Source: Cyanidioschyzon merolae
Taxonomy: Eukaryota
Direction: 5' to 3' (one strand)
Length of the DNA stretch: 64,000 nt
Assembly (NCBI GenBank): GCA_000091205.1
Contig: AP006500.2
In this document: piece after piece, positions 23,801-35,690 of the stretch
How the letters are laid out: every line of letters starts with the position of its first letter
Numbering within the stretch: position 1 is the first letter of the stretch
Program-made: the position numbers and the translations under genes
The notes under the pieces: model-generated
The model's database searches: none
What the model saw: only the letters and a program-made list of their open reading frames with translations
Told to the model about the DNA's origin: nothing

Positions 23801-24428
23801 TCTGAAACAGTCGACCAAGGATGGCATTGAGTAATTCTTATCGTCGATCTGGTGGCGCCAATGGCTGCACCCACAAGTTGCCTTGAAACAGAAAAATCGA
23901 ACACTTGAAATCTGCGTGGCGTAAGCATGCGACGCATGAGGAAAAGAGAAGAACGCAGGTTTGCGCGTTTGCAGTAGATCTTGGTAGGGATTGTTTCACG
24001 AACGGGTATTTGAGGGCGCTGCGAATCTTCTTGACTCTGGTGACGTAAAGAACTCCAGTCGTGTAGCGTCGAAAGAGCCATTCCGAAAAGACGATCGAGA
24101 ATCGTAAATACACGCACGAAACTCAAGCCCTCACAGCTGCATTCCGAATATCGGTATGGAGCATACGAGAGAGACTTTGGAAATTATCCCAAGGCAGGAA
24201 CAGCGGAACCCGTACCGTTCTGCATTTTAATCGGAGACGCTTCTCGCGTATGAGAGATGCATGGCCAAGTTCCAGCACCGGCCGCCGTCACGAGTAGCGT
24301 AGACGTTTATGAACACACTGTGCAGATTTTAGACCAGGACAAGCGTACGTTGCCCCGCGACGTTGCCTGTACAGCCTATTCTGCACGCAGTACGCGCATG
24401 CTCGCGTGCATGCGTACGCATTGCCACG

Positions 24429-24464
24429 CGCACACACACGTACACACACACACACACACACACT
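24429..24464. repeat. (CA)n microsatellite
   Basis: cgcacacacacgtacacacacacacacacacacacac read directly. Confidence 0.9.
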
Positions 24465-24839
24465 GGTAAAGACCTCATCATCTGCATGCGTCTGAAGGTA
24501 CACAGAACGTCGACGAGCTCCCGCTGCCGTCCGCAGTACCAACGATCCCCGCAACCGTGGATTGTCTTGGGTATTTTGTCGCTGGAAGCGCGAGTCACGC
24601 TTGTTGCGTCCCGATTCCCGACCCGATGTCGGGAATGTGAAAGCACTCGAATGCGATCCAGAGGAGCCGACGGTGAACCTGTCGTGTGCAGAATCGTTCA
24701 ACTTGGGAAATGAACCCGCCTCGGATGATTGCGAAACTCTGCAGTCCATGCGATAGCCACAAGTTGGAATGGCACCATAACTGGCAACGGAGATGCATAC
24801 CGGTGCGCAGCAGACCTGATCGCCATGCGTCCATGACGG

Positions 24840-26843
24840 TTACGGCTTCTCGGGTACAGCAGCGGGCAAGTTGTTCTCCTCCGATTCGGACACGCGGAAA
24901 TAAAACAGGAGGTAGGCTTGCGCCTGGAGGACCTCATCTAATGTACAGCTACGGATATGTCGATCACTGCAGTAGAACCACTGCTGGTTGCTTGTGGCAA
25001 CTCTCCTGGCTCGCACATAGGCTACGTAGTGACCAAAGTGCAGTGTACCGTTGTGCTCAACAACACCACATAGTTCGTATCGAACACGCGCAAGATCCGC
25101 CGCAACCATCGGAGCCAGCGCCTCTGTTTCAGAGAGCTCACCCAAAGATAGCGTCTCCGGGAAACTGATATGATCGTCTATTTTGGTAACGTATCCGACG
25201 TCCAGCTGCGTAAAGCGTTTCATGTGCAGTACAAGACAGCGCGGGGCGTTCTCCAGACGCATCCACTTGCGAGCTTTCAGCGGAGCCGCTTCCCAGTCAG
25301 AGACCGTCTCGCTGGCGTGGCCCGCTGCCGCCGAGTCTCCAGAATGGAAACCGTTGGATGTGCTCACAGCGCCTGCACCCGTCTGCGAACCGGGAGGTAT
25401 GCTCTCGCATCGCACCCCGTTCGCCGTGTTGATGTCGGGTAACGCTGACGAAGTACACGACGTGGACTGTTCCTTGTTGGACGCTAATTTCTCCGAACTG
25501 TTTTTTTCTGCATCATGTCCTGTGGTGGCACACTCTTTGGATGTCTGCGTGCTCTGCACCAGTTCAATGACTTCTGTGCGTGCCCATTCTGCAATACATT
25601 CGCCAAGTCGGGTGCATACCTCAGACATTTGCGATGAGCCATGCACGCTGTTCTTCGAATGCATCGGTTCGCAGGTGAGGGCTAGGAGTCCTCCGTGTAC
25701 ACCTATGCCCGTGGATGATGCTCGTGTCGCGGAGCAAGCTCTCGACGCCGAATCTCTGCACGCAGGCTCGTCATCCAGCTCAACGTCGTCAAACAGAGAA
25801 GAGACGCAAGCGAGGCGACAATCTGATTCGTCGTAGTCTTCATCCTCGGAATAGCTTCTGTTGTTAGCCTGCATCAGGCTTCGACTTTGATTCCACTCCG
25901 TTTCAGATAGATCCGTGCCGTCTAGGTTTTGTCTACGCGCGTCTGCACCCGCTTTGGGCGCATCCTTGCCGTCAACGGAACAACCACTTGCGCACATGTC
26001 TCTGGTTCCCGCTCGCTGCTCTTCGTTTCGACCGCCTCGTACACGAGCATCTCCACTTTGTCTAAGGCGAAGTATTGGCAACGACAACGCAAGGCACTCC
26101 TCGTGTCGCACTTGTGGTTTCCCGCCTGAGCTCGGCATCTCCAGTCGGTCTTCTACGCGGCATTCGAAGATATCTCGCACGAAACTGCGTGCCTGCTCGA
26201 CCGTTTTCGCCGAGTCCGGTGTCTTCGACATACTCTTCCCTGCCCGCAGTCGTTCTTGCTCCTCATCGTCTATGGTCCAGAGAAGTGCCAACAGCAGCTC
26301 ATGGGCGTCCTGCTGTGCCCAGCCTTTGAAACGTGGACATTTCTCGCCGATCTCCTCGAAAAGTCGGCGGGTGGCACGCTCCAGGGCAGCACTGTCGTTC
26401 GTATGGTTTGGAGCGCTGCTACCAGCAGCTATGTCACTTTCCGTTCCAGTTGAAGAGTCGGCAAATATACGCTTCTGCGCGCGTTGTCGCTCATGCCGCC
26501 AAAGGGTCATGAGAAACAACCGCAGTGCAAGCGTCACCGCTCCCTCGAATCGAACGATTGCGTTACTCTTAGTGCTCTGGAAGTATGACTGCAAGGAAGG
26601 TAATCGCGCAAGACACTGGAGAACAGAGTTGAAAAAGCATGTGTTGCCAAGGTTCTCAAGTCCCGCTGGTATGCATAGCTCCTGTTCGGAGTCCGACGGG
26701 GGCTCTGCCGCCGGTGAAGGAGGCGTTTCACAAACCGTGCCCCTACCGTGCCGGTTTTCAGCGCGTGCTTTCTTCCGCGCGTGCCCCTTTTTTCCACCAC
26801 GCCGAGGCCTGCCCCGCGACATGGATCCTCGCAACGAGCGCAC
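24840..26843 (-). CDS. ubiquitin carboxyl-terminal hydrolase (USP, peptidase C19)
   Basis: Cys box GLENLGNTCFFNSVLQCL and His box YELCGVVEHNGTLHFGHYVAYVR are present. There are long low-complexity insertions between the boxes. Confidence 0.85.
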   Translation of the reverse strand: MRSLRGSMSRGRPRRGGKKGHARKKARAENRHGRGTVCETPPSPAAEPPSDSEQELCIPAGLENLGNTCFFNSVLQCLARLPSLQSYFQSTKSNAIVRFEGAVTLALRLFLMTLWRHERQRAQKRIFADSSTGTESDIAAGSSAPNHTNDSAALERATRRLFEEIGEKCPRFKGWAQQDAHELLLALLWTIDDEEQERLRAGKSMSKTPDSAKTVEQARSFVRDIFECRVEDRLEMPSSGGKPQVRHEECLALSLPILRLRQSGDARVRGGRNEEQRAGTRDMCASGCSVDGKDAPKAGADARRQNLDGTDLSETEWNQSRSLMQANNRSYSEDEDYDESDCRLACVSSLFDDVELDDEPACRDSASRACSATRASSTGIGVHGGLLALTCEPMHSKNSVHGSSQMSEVCTRLGECIAEWARTEVIELVQSTQTSKECATTGHDAEKNSSEKLASNKEQSTSCTSSALPDINTANGVRCESIPPGSQTGAGAVSTSNGFHSGDSAAAGHASETVSDWEAAPLKARKWMRLENAPRCLVLHMKRFTQLDVGYVTKIDDHISFPETLSLGELSETEALAPMVAADLARVRYELCGVVEHNGTLHFGHYVAYVRARRVATSNQQWFYCSDRHIRSCTLDEVLQAQAYLLFYFRVSESEENNLPAAVPEKP

Positions 26844-27132
26844 CAGGTGCGCCCCTTGGGACTAGAGACGTCCGGACACAACACGTTTCCAGACCCGCAA
26901 GCGAGGCCTGTCGAGGTGCTTCAACCAGCTCCGTCCGGTATGCCTTGTGATGGGTGAAAAACCAACGTACAAGCAGACCGTAAGCTTAAGCTCAAACGAG
27001 TCCACCGGAGCGCGGCTCTCGACTCTCGGCTCTCTATACGCTAGTTTCAGAATGCTTAGAAACGCGACGTTTTCCGGCCGTCGATGCAGGGCGCCCGGCC
27101 GCACAACGCTGTGGCGATCATATTCTGCGATA

Positions 27133-27173
27133 CGTGTGCGTGCATACGTGCGTGCATACGTGCGTGCGTGCGT
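27133..27173. repeat. tandem 12-mer (gtgcgtgcatac)n minisatellite
   Basis: cgtgtgcgtgcatacgtgcgtgcatacgtgcgtgcgtgcg read directly. Confidence 0.8.
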
Positions 27174-29720
27174 CGCCGCAGAGGCAAGCGACGGCGTCGG
27201 GGCGAGCGCATCGCGCATCGCTCAGCTTCGGCGGCTTCTGTCTCTATTTTCATATAATGAACAAACAAATACAGTTTTGAACAGGTGACGCTTCCCATGG
27301 GTATGCTGTGGCGGCGGAGGCGCTGCCCTGCTGCTCCAGTGTCGCCTCGCAGACGCCTTGCGCAACGATGATGGACCACGAAGATGGCTGAATAATGCGC
27401 TGCGAACCCTTTACAGGTGAATTCGATAGATGGTATCGCAACGCGGTGCTTGTTCGAGCAGCTGAGCGATGAGTACTTCACTGGTCTCTATGCCGGCTAC
27501 GTGATGAGCATTGAAGCTACCCTCAAGTATCCGATACGTCAACACATGTGGTCGGAGGTGCAGTCAGCGCTCTGCGTAAACCATTCGAAACCATTCGAGA
27601 TTCAAGTATCGGGCTGGTGCATGGCTTTGACAGGGCACCTCTGGCGCCATGGGATCGAGGTGCTCGCCTGCGCGCGGGACGACTCGAGAAGCCACTATTT
27701 CCGCAAGCGAGGTCACTCCGGAAAAGAAATCGCGCAGCCAGAACGACCGAGTGGAAGCTCACGGATCACGAGGAGCACCCAAGTGGTCTTTGATCTATCG
27801 ATCGAAGGACTTGAGTATCCTAAACCCTGCCTCGCTATGGATTGATGTTCGCGTTCGGGAGGTCCGGCTCTTCGAAGCTAGGCTGTGATGCCATAGAATC
27901 TCTTGCCTTTTCATGTATATGAGATCACATGAAGCAGGTTCAATAACGCAATGCATCGCTGTACGCGTATAAAGTACCCTGCTGTTTTCACGTGACCATA
28001 TATGGCGACAGCTTTTGGAAATGTGGATGAAGTGCGACGAAAACGCACGTCTTCTGGGAAGCTGCCGCGTTGCCTGCTCGTTTCTCGCAGACGGACTTGA
28101 GGGCGGACTCGCTCAGGCGGTATCGCGTTGCTCCAGCAACGCTGATGCCTGACGCTGTATTCGAGGTGCTTGTGCTGTTTGCTTTTACACTGTCGTGGAC
28201 TGTCGTACGATATCGCAAGAGACTTCAACGTGCACTCGAGTCGGAGATACGTGTACGCGTAGATCGTACCGAACGAGACACTGCAAGCGAAACAGCTCTT
28301 GTGTGATCGCAATCAGTCAGCTGGGTTGTCCCTTTATTGATCAGCTCGTCTCGTGAAGTGCGCCATATTTCAGTGAGCTGCAGTAGACTTAGAGTGTGAT
28401 CAGGCGCTCAGACTTTGAACGCAAAGCTGGCGCGGTGCGGTCTTTACGTCACCGGCGTACAAGTCGCCGAGAAGCGGCCAGTGCAACACGCAGCCAGTGC
28501 CGCCGCACCGAACATCATTATGAACGGCACCGACGACAATCAAAAAGAGACGGAGGTCTGCGCTTAGCGACACTGTTTCTGGACGGGGCAGCTTGACGCC
28601 CAGCTACCCTGGAAACCGAAAAAACACTCTTGTCGAACGGAATAGGCTGCTTCGTTTCGGGCTCACCCATGGAACGGTTTGCGAACGCCAGCGCGGCTAG
28701 TTTTCCTGTTCTGCAATCGCTGCCTACCAGAAACCCTAGTATGTTGATTTGTGCAATCAATCACCGGATCACATGCTTTTGAAACTTTACCAGTGAAACA
28801 ATGATTCCAGTAACACGTTCTCTTCGCAATTTATCCGCAGTATGGAGAGAGAACCCGGTACGAATCCACCTGAGGTCTGGAGGCACCGCAGCTGCAACAT
28901 TCGCGTCTGCGTTGCTGCAACACCATCACCGATCCGTGTACGAAAGAGGCGGGCGCTACCCAAAGCATCACGTGCAACCACGATACAATTCAATAGAGTA
29001 GGCAGCGCTTTTCTTGAAAATCTGCCTATCATGCGTGCCCTGAGGTTATTCATCATTTCGAAAGCGCAGCATCGCAGACAGCATGCAGACAACGAATGCA
29101 AGCACAGTTTGGCTGCCTAGCACGCTTTCGTTCCATCCAGCGTAACTTGGGTTTAAGGTCGAATCACCCATCCAATGTCGTTACGAGCACCACACGGAAT
29201 ACCAGTTCGCAAGAAGAACAAGCCTTAATCGTTGTCACCAGTCGCGAGACGCGAAGGTCCACGACTCGAACCCGTTGTGCGCATACCGCATTTGGCAAAG
29301 GACGCCTCTGGGTGGGAAGTCTGCCCCTCTCATCATGCAGGCTGCTTCGGATGATCCGCTGTGTCCACGGTATCTAAAGCAGGGTCCATGACCTTTCACT
29401 GCTCCAGAATCATCCATGTAATTTCGTGCGCTGGCCATCCCGACGCTCCACTGAACGCTTCTGCACCGCAACGCCTCGACACTTTGTCATGCCGTCGACG
29501 ACCAGTACCGCAACGAGCGCACAACTACAGGAGCCACGAACACAGGGCCGCTCGGGCGCAGGTGCACCTGCACTGAGCGCACTCGAGAGCCGTTTCCCGC
29601 TTCCACTGTAGCCAGGTAGCACCACTGGTATAGGTACATGATCGATCGCGTATCCGTCTCGATCTAGGTACACAGGCGATGAGCGCAGTTCAGGGAAAAA
29701 GTCCATAGTCGAGTCGCTTC

Positions 29721-30905
29721 TCAGTCGCGCTTATCTTCCTCCGTCTGAGCACGTCCACGAGGCGTGTCCAAACGAGCGTACTCATATTGTTGACGCCACA
29801 TACGATCCCGGTCTCGAGCGTGTACAGCACGTGCAATAGCTGCATGCGTCGCCAAACGTCTATGCGGGGCGTAACGGTTCAAATAGTGAAAGGCCAGATG
29901 CGCCCCAATGGAGATCAAGCCGATCAAGAGCGCTGGACCGAGTTTGCTCATACGTGAATTGGGCAAGATGGTATCACCACGAAGGCCGGATAAATACACC
30001 AACTCGTCGTGGAGTTCATCGGTATATATGAGCAGGAAGTGGTTGCGATCCAGAATGTAGATGAGCCCAGAGCTCGCCGGTTGTGAGCCTCGTGTGTCCT
30101 GAGCGGTCTCGGCGCTTCTGGAAAGCGTCTCGTTGCCGACTGAAGCGTACTTCGGGCCCCAGATACCACTCTGCGGCAGTCGTTCCAGATCAAAGCGGAA
30201 CCACTCCACAAAGTCGGACTCTCTGGTGGGCATCGCGCCCCCGTCTGCCTCATCCGTATCCTTCAGGTCGTAGAACGTAAAGCGACCACGCCACGGGGCG
30301 TCCGTTTCCAGACGTATGAGACGAAACGGTGCGCTGGGAACGCGTTTTCCCCGTTCATCCTTAAACTCCATAGAGCCGCTCTCGATCCCGTCGGGAATGA
30401 GCCACTTTTCCAGCGCACCACGTGGCGGTGGCGGCTTATACGAGGCAACTTCGCGGACAGAGAGACGCGCTCGCCTCGCCGGCCAACGGCGGCTAGGGGG
30501 CAGTTTTCTGCCGCTCTGTCGCGAGAGAACACCGATGTCCACCGTCCATACGCCTGAGAGTGCTTCGCCGATGTCTTGGGGGTCAGGCTTCACGAAAATG
30601 TGGCCGAAGAAGTACGCGCTTCCGCCGACAGGCACGCGACTAGGCGCAGGTTGGGTTTCAGGCTCTGCTCGTTGTTCGTTTACAGCAGGCGCCTGCTGCA
30701 ATCCAGCGTCATTGGAGGGAGCGTCGGCTCTCACCGAACTGAACCACATCGAAACTGTCCACAACGAGAGCCACAAACAGAGTAGTGCGGCCAACGTTCG
30801 TAGCCGCAGCGTCGAAACCCGCCCAGACGCCAGTTGTCGAGGCATCTTGCGGGCGTTTTCCAGTGAGACTTTCGAGTTTAAAGAATAACCATCGTTGAGA
30901 AGCAT
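29721..30905 (-). CDS. hypothetical type-I-like membrane protein (N-terminal hydrophobic anchor/signal, C-terminal TM)
   Basis: 394-aa ORF. N-terminal LAALLCLWLSLWTVSMWF, C-terminal LGPALLIGLISIGAHLAFHYL followed by a basic tail. No recognisable domain. Confidence 0.45.
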   Translation of the reverse strand: MLLNDGYSLNSKVSLENARKMPRQLASGRVSTLRLRTLAALLCLWLSLWTVSMWFSSVRADAPSNDAGLQQAPAVNEQRAEPETQPAPSRVPVGGSAYFFGHIFVKPDPQDIGEALSGVWTVDIGVLSRQSGRKLPPSRRWPARRARLSVREVASYKPPPPRGALEKWLIPDGIESGSMEFKDERGKRVPSAPFRLIRLETDAPWRGRFTFYDLKDTDEADGGAMPTRESDFVEWFRFDLERLPQSGIWGPKYASVGNETLSRSAETAQDTRGSQPASSGLIYILDRNHFLLIYTDELHDELVYLSGLRGDTILPNSRMSKLGPALLIGLISIGAHLAFHYLNRYAPHRRLATHAAIARAVHARDRDRMWRQQYEYARLDTPRGRAQTEEDKRD

Positions 30906-31600
30906 AACACACAGCTGAAGATACCAAACAAGTATTCAAGAGCGAACGCTCCTAAGCGAAATGTCGGGTAAACGCAACGGACGATAGCGACGCTGGACAT
31001 GCGCCGTTTCAAACGCTTCGACGCTGGTACTGGGGATGCGGCGTGATGGTAGGCGGCATCAGAGCACATGCTTCTTAACTTGGTGTCATTTAGGAGATGG
31101 GACGGCAACGTATCTTTAGGAAAACTGGTGTCTATAGCGTGCCAGGCGGCAACTTGTGAGATCCCGACTGCACCTGATCCAATAACGGCTAGCAAGACGT
31201 CAAAAGTCGCAAGTCGAGCTGCACCGCGGTCAGTTGTGACGCGGGGCAGCTGCTGAGGTCCAACTCGTTGCGCACCATTTGTCACGATACCTTCAGCAGC
31301 TCAACGTGCTCGTGTCGAGGGTGAATAGGTCGATAACGAGAGCCATCGAAAGAGCTGCGAGACGCACGCGTCAGCACAGAAGCGCACAGAACCCAGATCT
31401 TTGATAGAACTTTGACGCGCTGGGCACGCGGGATGCGCTAGGTTCACGCTGCGTCTGCAACCGCATCTCCATATGGGGCTTGTTCGTTCATGAATCAGGC
31501 ACGTGAGACAAGCGGGCAGGCGCTTTCGTTTTTCGGATTCAGAGTGGACTCGCTTTGCGCTGCATATGTATCTGCATTTGCATGTCCCATGCCAATAACG

Positions 31601-34546
31601 TTATAGTTGCTGCTGACAACTGTGGCTTGGACTCGACCCCGGATAAAGAACGGCTTGCGAACTTGGATGAGTGCCTTGCGCTCGCTGAGGTTTGCACCGG
31701 GAGCCGTACAGCGTTCTTGCTGCACCTGCGGCTGCGGACTTGGGATCAGTTATAGCGCCCGGATCGTCGTTGCCGCTTCGTCGTTCCCGTTGCCAACAAG
31801 GAGAGACGGAGGTATTCATCCCAAAGTGATGCCGATGTTGCCGTGCATGTTCATCCGAGGATGCTAATGAAGGAAATCGCCTTTCTTCAGTTGCACTGTT
31901 TGGTCGCACGGCGTTGGTCCTCTGATCACGCTGGACGTCGGTGGCTGTGGCGTCAGCGACGCTCTGCTTCCCTCGAGGTGGTTGACACAAGGAGGCGACA
32001 GCGGCGTCGAGACAATGCGGTGTCGCGTTTGGGCCTTGAGATGTAGCGAATGGCTGTTCCCGGATGTCGCTGGGCGATAGCGGTGCTCGCTTTTGCTGGC
32101 TCCGCAAGGCATCCAGCTGCACTGCCATCCGCGAGAGATGTTCGCGGAGGACCTCGTTTTCCTGATGGGCGGCATCTAACTCCGCAAGAATGCGGGTAGC
32201 ACCTGCTGGACTGCCCAAGGCCTCTGAAAGATCCGAAATCTGTGATTCCGATGCAGGCTCGGTTGGGGTATCCCTTGGTTTTGCTGGACGCCTCCTGCGG
32301 ATGCCCCGCAGACGGCTGCCAGCGGCGAAGCGGTGATGTGGCGGCATGCGCGGCCTCCGACGCTGCTCCACTGGGGCAGAACCCGGAAGGCCCCCGCTGA
32401 TGGACTCCACTGCACGATGCAAGAGACCCCAAATGGGGCTCGAGGCATCTCTACCGATGAACGCTTGTGATGATATACTGAACGGCGATCTCGATAACTG
32501 TTCTGAGCGGTCGTGTGGTACGAATCCAACACGACGCAGTCGTGACGCTATAATGCCATCATCTTTCGCGCGTCGGCGCCACACGGGCGCAGCAGCCGGA
32601 CTTGTGAGTGGTATAAAAGAGGGTCCCAGCTGCTTAACAGGCGAGTGCGATGGGGAAGCGCTTCTCCTGGGCGTTTCATCAATCTGCATTCCGATTGTTG
32701 ATGTACCAGGGATGCTACCGTCCGCTGGGATTGGTTCGTGCTCCAGATTCGGGTGCATCTGGGGGTTTCTGCTGAGCTTCTCGTGGGAGGCGTCAGTGCA
32801 TCGCGTGTGCGGATGCAATAGAGGTCGTGTAGGCGCGGTAGACGTTTCGTCTGTGAACGCGCTGGGGTCCTCAAGCAGCCCACCGGCAAGCAAATTCACT
32901 GTGGCATCATCGTTCGAGCGGTATTTCGACCGTTGGCCGGATGGACTCGGGCGTGAACTGAGCACCCCATGCTGGGTGAGGTCCTGTTCGAAGGCCCGTC
33001 TTTGAGACGTCGTTTGTCGATTGGGTTGCGGTGACGCTGCAGCGTTACAGGGTGAAGTTCGGTGCTTTGCTCGCTCCGTCTGCGACAAGCCTTGGCTGCC
33101 ACCAGTTAGGATTCGAGGCGCCTGACAAGGCACTGTGGTGGCCGCGAAACCTTCTCGGGAGGCGCTTTCAGCTTGGTCACATCCGCGTTCATCGCCACAG
33201 CGCTTTGGCACCCCGCCCAAGTGTTGCGACGCCAAGACTGTGGCCCGCCGATCTCGGTACGTTGGTGCTTGCAGCGGTGTCATGGCCGAAAGAGCCGGCG
33301 ACGCCTGGCTCCGCACACTGCCATTGTTCTGAGATATTCCTACGTCTGCTGTGGGCAGACGCTCTGCATCCCGTCGCGGTGTTCTGTCTGAAACGAACAC
33401 ATCGTCTTCTTTGGGAATTCGCTCTGCTTGTTCAACCGCCCGTTGCCAAGATGCTGCCCTTGGAGCGCTAAGGCGCTCAGCAAGCCCTGCACCAGCACTG
33501 CGTTGCGTAGCTTGGTTTCCAAGATGCTGTATAGATGGGGCTTGCTTCTTTGGGCTCAAGGCGGTGCTTCCTTTGGGAACCCCGCCATCCTTCAACTTTT
33601 TGAAGCTCCAGAAATAGTTGAAATCACTTAGTCCGGAACGATGGGGGGCTCGTGCATTTCGAGAGGGCGTACCCGGAGAGATGTTCGTGCAGGGCGACTG
33701 CACCTGAATCGCAGCAGGTGCCGCTGTTCCTGGGGAGCTCGTGTGCCGCAGCATCTGCACAGACTCCTCATCGGTCGTAGAATATGTTCTGATTCGTCTC
33801 TCGGTGACTAGCTTTTGCAGGACACGGTGTCGGGGGGACTGTCTTCCACTGAAAGCGTCTTCAGAGGAAGCAGCTTCGGGTAAAGGCGCGATAGGTATGG
33901 CGTCGTCACGGAGTTCGCCCTGTAGCACGGCACGAGGAACAAATTTTCTTTTCTTACGGGTCATTTGATCACCTCGAGGTGTTGCAGAACCGATAACGCC
34001 ACTATGGGTTTTGGATAGGGATGGCGTCAGCGGCTTGGCGTCAAAGCTCTCTGTGTGACGTCCATAGCGCTCCGCGTCGCTTTCCTGGGTGGGCAGCAGC
34101 CCCGTCTGCATTGCTGGTTCGCGAGCCTTTGCATACAGTTCGTGCTCGGCGTCAACTGCACTATCAGTTGAACCGTTAAACTGGGTGTCAACACGCCCTT
34201 TTTGAATCGCACTGTTTCTGCGCATGTATTCGCCAGGAGCCAGTTGGGGTTCGGTGTTAGATCGCACGCTCCGGAGTCGCGCAGGTTGTGAGCAGTTCCA
34301 CGCTTCGTTCTGAACAGACTGCGTAGCTTCTCGAGGACGTACGCCCGGGTCCGCTTCTTTCAAGTTAAAAGGATTCGCATCTTCGCTACTGTTCTCCCAC
34401 GGGGCGACACCCGCCTCCCGCCGTGGCAGACCCGGCGACCAGAGGCTCGCGAGCCAGACAACACCGCACCAACCTAACCATGTTCCCAACATAGAGAACG
34501 TGCCTCGAACCAGATTCTCCTTGAGTTGTCCTTCGCAGCAGGTCAC
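31601..34546 (-). CDS. hypothetical S/P/R-rich low-complexity protein with N-terminal TM and a short coiled coil
   Basis: 981-aa uninterrupted ORF. Long open frames can arise by chance in GC-rich DNA, but this one is unusually long. Contains a coiled-coil segment LAELDAAHQENEVLREHLSRMAVQLDALRSQQ. No domain recognised. Confidence 0.4.
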   Translation of the reverse strand: MTCCEGQLKENLVRGTFSMLGTWLGWCGVVWLASLWSPGLPRREAGVAPWENSSEDANPFNLKEADPGVRPREATQSVQNEAWNCSQPARLRSVRSNTEPQLAPGEYMRRNSAIQKGRVDTQFNGSTDSAVDAEHELYAKAREPAMQTGLLPTQESDAERYGRHTESFDAKPLTPSLSKTHSGVIGSATPRGDQMTRKKRKFVPRAVLQGELRDDAIPIAPLPEAASSEDAFSGRQSPRHRVLQKLVTERRIRTYSTTDEESVQMLRHTSSPGTAAPAAIQVQSPCTNISPGTPSRNARAPHRSGLSDFNYFWSFKKLKDGGVPKGSTALSPKKQAPSIQHLGNQATQRSAGAGLAERLSAPRAASWQRAVEQAERIPKEDDVFVSDRTPRRDAERLPTADVGISQNNGSVRSQASPALSAMTPLQAPTYRDRRATVLASQHLGGVPKRCGDERGCDQAESASREGFAATTVPCQAPRILTGGSQGLSQTERAKHRTSPCNAAASPQPNRQTTSQRRAFEQDLTQHGVLSSRPSPSGQRSKYRSNDDATVNLLAGGLLEDPSAFTDETSTAPTRPLLHPHTRCTDASHEKLSRNPQMHPNLEHEPIPADGSIPGTSTIGMQIDETPRRSASPSHSPVKQLGPSFIPLTSPAAAPVWRRRAKDDGIIASRLRRVGFVPHDRSEQLSRSPFSISSQAFIGRDASSPIWGLLHRAVESISGGLPGSAPVEQRRRPRMPPHHRFAAGSRLRGIRRRRPAKPRDTPTEPASESQISDLSEALGSPAGATRILAELDAAHQENEVLREHLSRMAVQLDALRSQQKRAPLSPSDIREQPFATSQGPNATPHCLDAAVASLCQPPRGKQSVADATATDVQRDQRTNAVRPNSATEERRFPSLASSDEHARQHRHHFGMNTSVSPCWQRERRSGNDDPGAITDPKSAAAGAARTLYGSRCKPQRAQGTHPSSQAVLYPGSSPSHSCQQQL

Positions 34547-35346
34547 TTGCGCTGCTTATCCCGACACGAAGTGCAGTATCGCGTAGCAACGGCTGGGAAG
34601 CACTCGCTATCGTGCTGGGGTTTCGCGCGTGGCGGGAACGCAGCATCGCAGCATTGCGGGAAATCTGACAGCTTAGTTTCGATTTCTAGAGAGCCATGTT
34701 AGAAAAAATGGGTCAGGTTTGCGCAGCGAACAGGAGCGTCCGCCTTACAGCTCGAGCGTCTCCTGAAGATCCTCAATGCCAGCCTTTTGCAGGCTTTTTC
34801 TGTCAACAGCTTCCTTTTTGTCTCTCTTATCTGGAGTCTGAAATACGCCGGTCTCTGTTTTCCCTTCTGCGGCGTTGCCAGCCTTTAAAGGACACGGATG
34901 GCAGCGGTACACCACCGATTTCGCTGCTTCCGGTCGTTGTCGACGAATTTCAAGTATAAGCGGTAGTTATGGTCTACATTTCGCATGTCATATTCATCTT
35001 CATTGTGTACAACCTTGTTGTGGCCTTGCCAGCCGTGACGCATGACAGTGTTCAGATCTTGCCATATGTCTACAATTAGTCCTCCTTCGCCTCCCTGAGG
35101 CGCCATGTGCCGCATGAAGGAAGGCTTTATCGCCCCGCACATGTCCTTGACGGGCACAGGAGGCTCGCGTTGGTGTCATGTTTCCTTGCAATCGCCGGTG
35201 AGGTACCCTGGGAGCACAAGTTTCTTCTGAGCAATCCACTCGGTAAGTACGCTGTCCGTTGCAAAAACAAGCGCATGTTGCTCCATTTAGTAGAGGATTT
35301 GTAGAACGCGATGCCGTAGATGATGAGTCATGATCTGTACGGGATA

Positions 35347-35690
35347 CCAAGTCTGGAGATCAAGTGAAAAAATATGGATCCATCTACGCTGCCTTCGTGC
35401 GAATTCGTAACGTGCACTCCATTCGAAGCGAATACCGTGACGCCGCATGTCCGAGCCCATTGCTCTGTTCCATCGAAACAGAAGAGACGGGAATATCTGG
35501 GAGCATATCCCGTGAAAGATATCACGTTGGCATTGAACAAAGTCTCGTCGGTGGTCGGAAAGAGAGGAGGAATTTTCTTTCGAGCGTGATCGATCATTTG
35601 ATCTCAGAAGCTAAGTAGACTTTCGGCATGAGACTGTCAACAAGTAGCGAACGGTAGACGCCGGATTGGCGTCCTCGTCAATCCAGCGGT
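35347..35690 (+). repeat. dispersed intergenic repeat family, copy C
   Basis: Aligns with A and B: gatccatctacgctgcc, gtgacgccgcatgtccgagccc, gggagcatatcccgtgaaagatatcacg, agagaggaggaattttctttcgag, catgagactgtcaacaagtagcg. Confidence 0.6.

Noticed and set aside
27417-27845. 142-aa ORF (MNSIDGIATRCLFEQLSDEYFTGLYAGYVMSIEATLKY...)
   Set aside because: It looks protein-like but I could not recognise any family, and it is short. Left unannotated rather than guessed.
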